Origin: Planctomycetales bacterium
GTDB taxonomy: Bacteria; 4484-113
Assembly (NCBI GenBank): GCA_037441675.1
Contig: JBBIRS010000002.1
Location: 172,633 to 236,632 of the forward strand
DNA: 64,000 nucleotides
Reading direction: 5' to 3'
Within the stretch, counting starts at the first letter, position 1. Every line of letters starts with the position of its first letter. Below the pieces are notes generated by a model. It saw only the letters and a program-made list of their open reading frames with translations. It was not told where the DNA came from and ran no database searches. This document shows positions 59,422 through 64,000 of this stretch, one piece after another. Position numbers and translations under genes: made by a program.

Positions 59422-59613
59422 CTATCCCTGAAACGATTGCTCATCGGTCTGCTCCTTACCAGATTCCCCGTCAGATTTTCTTGTAATTTCTTCACGGAAG
59501 GAACGAACACCCCTTCCAAGGTCTCTCATTATCACTGCAACTCGTCCAGCCCCAAAGAGAATTAAGACTATAATGAGAACGATTAAGAGTTCTTGCCATC
59601 CAAGTCCAAACAT
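59422..59613 (-). CDS. tatA: Twin-arginine translocase subunit TatA/E
   Basis: MFGLGWQELLIVLIIVLILFGAGRVAVIMRDLGRGVRSFRE is the canonical TatA TM plus amphipathic helix. Confidence 0.85.
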   Translation of the reverse strand: MFGLGWQELLIVLIIVLILFGAGRVAVIMRDLGRGVRSFREEITRKSDGESGKEQTDEQSFQG

Positions 59614-60812
59614 TTTTTATGCCTCCTGCCTATGCTAATTATAGCTTTTTTTGGCATTAGTCTAAATTGAACCAAAATGAAGTCAAACAGAATACAATCC
59701 GAGAATAATGAGACTATCTTTTGAAAATTGTCTTCACTTTGGATTCAGCCTTTAGAGTTTGCTACCATTATTCTTTAGCTTATTCTTCACTTGCGAAACA
59801 AAATTATCCTTCTCTTATAAAGTTTCAGATTTTCTCCGCCCAAACCCCACGACCATACCATAATTCTGAAAATTTTTCCCAGCCCATTTGGTACTCTCCC
59901 GCCAATGGCTCTTGGACAATTAGTTTCTCTCCGTTTTCCTCAAGACGCACCACTACCTCGTGCCCAACTCCTAATCCTTATTTTAAGCAGACTAAGTACC
60001 AATTTTTGTCCTTCAGGAGTTTTTGCTTGGTTAAAGGTTCCGCCCGTATACGATATTCCATTGGCAGTGAAAAACGAAGTAATCGCCACTCATTTATGTC
60101 AGATCCGCCATGAACGCTGATAAGACCTCGCCTGACCATCTCTTCTTCGGTGGCTTCAAAACCTAGCGTTTTGATATAAGTCGCTCCAACCGCAACTATG
60201 CAAGTACTTTCAGTGCTCTGAAGCAACACTTCTTCCCTCCAAAAAGTTTCGACTGCCTCCTGCGGACTTATCTGTTGTCTTGTTATAAGCTATACCCCAT
60301 ATAACACGATTAACGGTGGTATGGCTAGAAATGCCCTTTTTTGGCGAATTCTAGGTACGATCCTTGCTAGCCAAATCACTATTGCGAGAATTCCACCCCA
60401 AACTAAGCTTAGAACATATACCGTCACTGAGGAGTGTGGAATAATCCAAACCCAGGGATACTATAAGTACCAGGGAATTATGTGGATCGGAAAAATCAAG
60501 ACTGAAAGAAAGCAGGAGAATAATCTTAACCAGCTAAACCAGCTGATTACTCCGAGCCTGAGCAAAATGCCAAGAATAATAGACACAAGAATGGCGACGT
60601 AGTCAAGCGGGAGCAGCATACATAATTTATACCTTACTTAAAAAGTTAAAGGCGTATAGCTCAGGGTTCAGCTTTATTAAATCCGAATGAATGTAACTGT
60701 TATACCATGTTCAACTTTGCTTAATAGGAGCGTATAACTCACTAGTGGAAATAGAATCTAGTTACGTTTATAATTATCGGTCAATCTGGATGTTTTTATT
60801 TAAGAAGTATTG

Positions 60813-62192
60813 ATGCAGAAGGGCAAAATGCCTTCAGGAGAGGCTAAAGCTGAAAAAAAGCCACTAATCTCGCGTGGTTGGAGTTTCAAAAAGGCAACGT
60901 TAACGCTACCCATAAAGCCCACAGAACACGTCCGCATCGTTCGGCAGTTCTTCTTCTGCCTTTCGTTAATTATCGTCATTTTTGTTTTAGTGTTGTATCT
61001 TCTTGTTTTCAGGTTGGATGAGAAATTAGTTGTCTCTCAAATGTGGTATGACGCCAGACGAGTCGCTGGCAGCCTAAAGGTGCAATGGGATTGGGCATTA
61101 TCCTATGATAAGATATACGTTCCCATCAAAGAAGCGCCCGCGGATTCTGGTGTTGACGAAACCAGAGTTAGCGATGGTGCTGAGAATTATTTTATTAAGA
61201 ATCACAGGGATATGACGCTCGAGACAGCTGAGATCGCCCAAGCTCAGAGGAAGTTCAGGTTCCAACTGATTAGCGCACTTCCCGAGAGTAAACTTACTCC
61301 CACTGATAATTGGGTTAAAGTCGCATTTGAGAAGATTAAAAACAAAAATATAACGGAAACAGGAGAAGTCCGCAAGGATGGCAATACGCTTGTCTTTTGG
61401 TATTTAACTTCTATAAAGGCGGAGGCTTCTTGTCTAAGATGCCACCGCGATGAGGGGTTCATCCCGGGCAAAGTTGTTGGGGGATTTGTCGTCCAAATAC
61501 CTGTTAGTGAGGAATATCAAAACATTCGGAAGTCTAAAATTGCTGTTGCGAGTCTTTTCGGGGGCTCATTAGTTGTAATCTTTATCACTATCATATTACT
61601 CGTCTTAAATCTTTCAGCACAGCTAAAGGATGCCTACTACCATCTTGAACAGCTAGCCAGGGAAGATTCGCTAACCCATCTTCCTACAAGGCGAGCATTT
61701 AAGGAATTCACAGACTTGCAGGTTGCCTTATCCAATCGTCACGGTTGGCCACTAACCATCGTTATTGCGGATATAGACAACTTCAAAAGCGTGAATGACA
61801 CCTATGGTCATAAAATGGGTGACGACGTACTAACCGCTTTCTCCAAGATTCTAAGAGACAACATCCGTTGTTCTGATGTGCCATGTAGATGGGGTGGAGA
61901 GGAGTTTGTTGTTGCCCTAGTCAATACTGAAGAGACGAATGGCGCAAAAGTCGCAGAGAAACTCCTCCAAAAGTTTAACGATTTGAAGGTTCCAGGACTA
62001 GACATAAAACTTACGTGTAGTTTTGGCATTACTCAGTTGAGGCGAGGTGAAACTGTGGAAGATGCTATTGCGCGAGCGGACACAGCTCTGTTCGAGGTGA
62101 AGCGCGCTGGCGGTAACGGCTTCAGAATTGCTCAAAATGGAGTTCCTTCTGAGTATAAGGTTGGCGATGAAATTAGCTCCTCTCAGAATTAA
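60813..62192 (+). CDS. Diguanylate cyclase (GGDEF, motif GGEEF) with an N-terminal membrane-anchored heme-c-binding (CxxCH, DUF3365-like) sensor domain
   Basis: TM helices at about 45-67 and about 235-260, a CLRCH motif in the periplasmic domain, and a C-terminal GGDEF domain (RWGGEEFVVAL) with an RxxD I-site-like context. Confidence 0.75.
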   Translation: MQKGKMPSGEAKAEKKPLISRGWSFKKATLTLPIKPTEHVRIVRQFFFCLSLIIVIFVLVLYLLVFRLDEKLVVSQMWYDARRVAGSLKVQWDWALSYDKIYVPIKEAPADSGVDETRVSDGAENYFIKNHRDMTLETAEIAQAQRKFRFQLISALPESKLTPTDNWVKVAFEKIKNKNITETGEVRKDGNTLVFWYLTSIKAEASCLRCHRDEGFIPGKVVGGFVVQIPVSEEYQNIRKSKIAVASLFGGSLVVIFITIILLVLNLSAQLKDAYYHLEQLAREDSLTHLPTRRAFKEFTDLQVALSNRHGWPLTIVIADIDNFKSVNDTYGHKMGDDVLTAFSKILRDNIRCSDVPCRWGGEEFVVALVNTEETNGAKVAEKLLQKFNDLKVPGLDIKLTCSFGITQLRRGETVEDAIARADTALFEVKRAGGNGFRIAQNGVPSEYKVGDEISSSQN

Positions 62193-62227
62193 ATTACCCT
62201 GCACCCTATAAACTACGCAACTTAATA

Positions 62228-62425
62228 TCCCCCATCCACACATTCGACCTGTAGTGTAGAGGGCTTGCCGCCGCCGTAAAGTTATAGACCTGTATGACGG
62301 CGAGCTTGCTCCCGCCATGCTCAGAAGCTGGATCACGGGCGTCTCGCCCGTGTCCTTCCCCGCCTACCCCCTTATTTGGATCACGCCCGTCCTCGGGCGC
62401 GTCCTTTCCCACTGCGAGAACCAGC
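62228..62425. repeat. Copy D of the dispersed GC-rich repeat, with two tandem hairpin units (TGGATCACGGGCGTCTCGCCCGTGTCCTTCCCC and TGGATCACGCCCGTCCTCGGGCGCGTCCTTTCCC)
   Basis: The units are near-identical to the CACGCCCGTCTCGGGCGTGTCCTCACCC unit of copy A, and the region also contains a GTAGTGTAGAGGGC core. Confidence 0.45.
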
Positions 62426-62565
62426 CAAGAGCTGGGAAGAACCGTGGGCAATAGGAATGAAAGATTTCAAGCCGTAAGCTCCGGAATGTAAAGTGAATAA
62501 TTTCAACCGTGCGCCTATGCTTTTGAGACATTCTCTCAGGAAATATTCAAAAGCATCGCTATGAG

Positions 62566-63606
62566 CTATCCTACCCTTTCAGGTTTATCCTCACCGGCTA
62601 CTGGTACATTAAAGAATCCCGGGTAGACATCTATCTTCTCCAAATTGACTGCGGTAAGTATCAGGTCAAGGGCGAGGTCAAAGGGGACGTTTTCCAGGTT
62701 CAGGGTTAGATTCCCAGTTCCAGGGCGTGGGAGTTGTGCTTGGAAAGTGCCTGCCTCACGGAAACCGGTGCCACCACCACCCTGTCCGCCTTCCGCACCG
62801 CCAGCACCGCCTCCAGCGCCTGCGCCTCCAGTCGAGCCTGGACCCCCGGGCCTACGCCTTCCACCCGTGGGCGGGTCAGACCAATATGGATCTAACACAA
62901 TGCTAACATTCCCAATCTCGCTAAGCAACATCAAAACATCTCTGAAATCAGTATTGACAAGGTTTATAGAAACGAGCGCGTCTGAATACTTATACCTGTA
63001 AGGAAAGGGAGGAAGCTCGTACTCTCCTTCCGGTGCGATTGTTATAGGCACGCGTGGATAGTCCTCGTCAATTTCATTGGGCACCTTCTTGCTCTCTTCG
63101 CTGTTCAACTCCTGCCCGCTCTCATTTTGAGGCTCCCCTTCATTATTTGATTTCTCATAGGAGCCTTGTTTATTCTTGCCGAGCCCATAGGTTACCGTGA
63201 GGACAACGTTTGGTGATGCGGGAATAAAGGTGGAGCTAGGCGAAATAGCGACCGCAAGCCCTCTGCCCATCAAGCTTCTTTCTATTACGATTTCACTTCC
63301 GCCTTGCTTTGGAGTTACGCTTATCGCGCTTGTAAAATAACCATTAACACTTCTCTTAACCGGACTATTAATTACAAGCCCATCAACGAAGAGAGTGATT
63401 TTTAAGGTGTTTTCTTCAAGGCTCCTGTAACCCGTTCCTGCAAGATAATAAGCATCAATTCCATAGCCTGAGTTTAGAATTACTTTACCCGGGATGATTT
63501 CAGTGACTACGCTCTCTGAAGATGCGGTGGTAATTATAGATAGGGCTAAGAGGACTGTTACGAATTGTCCTAAACAAATTATCTTTCTCCAATTCATGCT
63601 CATCAC
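62566..63606 (-). CDS. PilQ/GspD-like N-terminal-domain protein (AMIN + two secretin-N/N0-N1-type domains, Gly-rich linker) lacking a secretin pore domain
   Basis: Signal peptide. Secretin_N-like LVSINLVNTDFRDVLMLLSEIGNVSIVLDP and NLENVPFDLALDLILTAVNLEKIDV, separated by a poly-Gly/Ala/Pro linker. It is only 346 aa. Confidence 0.45.
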   Translation of the reverse strand: MMSMNWRKIICLGQFVTVLLALSIITTASSESVVTEIIPGKVILNSGYGIDAYYLAGTGYRSLEENTLKITLFVDGLVINSPVKRSVNGYFTSAISVTPKQGGSEIVIERSLMGRGLAVAISPSSTFIPASPNVVLTVTYGLGKNKQGSYEKSNNEGEPQNESGQELNSEESKKVPNEIDEDYPRVPITIAPEGEYELPPFPYRYKYSDALVSINLVNTDFRDVLMLLSEIGNVSIVLDPYWSDPPTGGRRRPGGPGSTGGAGAGGGAGGAEGGQGGGGTGFREAGTFQAQLPRPGTGNLTLNLENVPFDLALDLILTAVNLEKIDVYPGFFNVPVAGEDKPERVG

Positions 63607-63644
63607 CTTCCTGAAAGTACTAAGTTCATTTTGCCTAATTATAA

Positions 63645-64000
63645 CTAAATACTATTATCAATGATAACACTATCCAGCCTTCCTCTTACTTCGATTCTTC
63701 GTAAGCGAATAGAGTTACCTAATTTTGTGTCAAAGTCTATTCGAAAAGTGTTTTCTCCATTATGTATGAAACCATTTAGATTCAAAATGATTGGCTCGTA
63801 GTTTACCATACCTTTGGGAAATTTAATGGATTGCGATTTTATCTCAATTGGAATGCCATTCAAGTAAAATGAAACGTTAGGTCGGTCATAGCTATCCTGA
63901 CTAAACCAGAGGAGGTCCGAGGGAGTCTCAACCGGGAAAAGTAACAGGTGTAAATCCTCAAAATAGTTAATATCGTAATTTAGCTTACTAGGGTTAAATG
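63645..64000 (-). CDS. Hypothetical protein; 5' end beyond the window
   Basis: The minus-strand frame stays open from 64000 to a stop at 63645. It lies upstream of the PilQ-like gene, so a pilus-assembly partner (PilP/PilO-like) is possible but unsupported. Confidence 0.35.
   Translation of the reverse strand, partial: FNPSKLNYDINYFEDLHLLLFPVETPSDLLWFSQDSYDRPNVSFYLNGIPIEIKSQSIKFPKGMVNYEPIILNLNGFIHNGENTFRIDFDTKLGNSIRLRRIEVRGRLDSVIIDNSI

Noticed and set aside
59978-60229. 83-aa minus-strand ORF and two plus-strand ORFs (59721-60113, 59905-60120) in the tatA-GGDEF gap
   Set aside because: They overlap mutually, lack RBSs and have non-protein-like composition; they are kept only as part of the 'gene-poor interval' finding.
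62780-62900. GC-rich, apparently repetitive stretch (GCNGGNGCN…) that could be mistaken for a tandem repeat or CRISPR-like array
   Set aside because: In-frame it encodes the Gly/Ala/Pro-rich linker (GGPGSTGGAGAGGGAGGAEGGQGGGG) of the PilQ-like protein. There are no regular spacers or repeats.

Overview
This 64-kb window reads as bacterial chromosomal sequence from an uncultivated-looking lineage. GC content is moderate, Shine-Dalgarno sites are conventional, and several ORFs use GTG or TTG starts.

Stable content:
- Core genes (1–25 kb): a 3'-partial hypF ([NiFe]-hydrogenase maturation carbamoyltransferase) diverging from a TetR-regulated tripartite RND efflux operon (TolC-like OMF, MFP, AcrB-like permease); rtcB RNA ligase; a split transketolase (N- and C-terminal subunit genes); pyrH; a class III adenylate cyclase with TPR repeats.
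- RNA genes: a tRNA-Lys(UUU)/tRNA-Glu(UUC) pair, and a lone 5S rRNA on the minus strand with its own canonical sigma70 promoter and no adjacent 23S.
- Other intact genes further along: a KamA-family radical-SAM aminomutase, a GT4 glycosyltransferase, a UDP-glucose dehydrogenase, tatA, a heme-c sensor fused to GGDEF, an N-terminal-only PilQ-like protein, and a partial ORF running off the 3' end.

The more unusual content sits between about 14 and 48 kb:
1. Four large secreted lipoproteins share a conserved N-terminal dockerin-like double calcium-loop module followed by an Fn3/Ig-like domain, with variable C-terminal parts (PKD tandems, SBBP beta-propeller repeats, a carboxypeptidase-regulatory-like domain, and an unclassified ~45-aa propeller repeat). 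They cluster with a di-heme cytochrome c peroxidase. This looks like a dockerin-mediated surface-display or assembly system.
2. A minus-strand operon encodes a Tat-exported 4x[4Fe-4S] subunit, a Tat-exported molybdopterin oxidoreductase catalytic subunit and an outer-membrane beta-barrel porin with an N-terminal coiled coil. There is no NrfD/PsrC-type membrane anchor.
3. A decayed locus (about 44.4–48.7 kb) holds an MMPL/RND exporter, a LolA-like DUF1329 and a DUF1302 barrel, broken by frameshifts and in-frame TAG codons. Separate frameshifts nearby split an aldo-keto reductase, a rhomboid protease, and the dockerin lipoprotein paralog at an A7/T7 tract, and there is a DNA methyltransferase remnant.
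4. A dispersed GC-rich short repeat family (core CTGTAGGGCG plus GC hairpins such as CACGCCCGTCTCGGGCGTG) occurs in at least five intergenic sites.

I found no CRISPR array, transposase or integrase.
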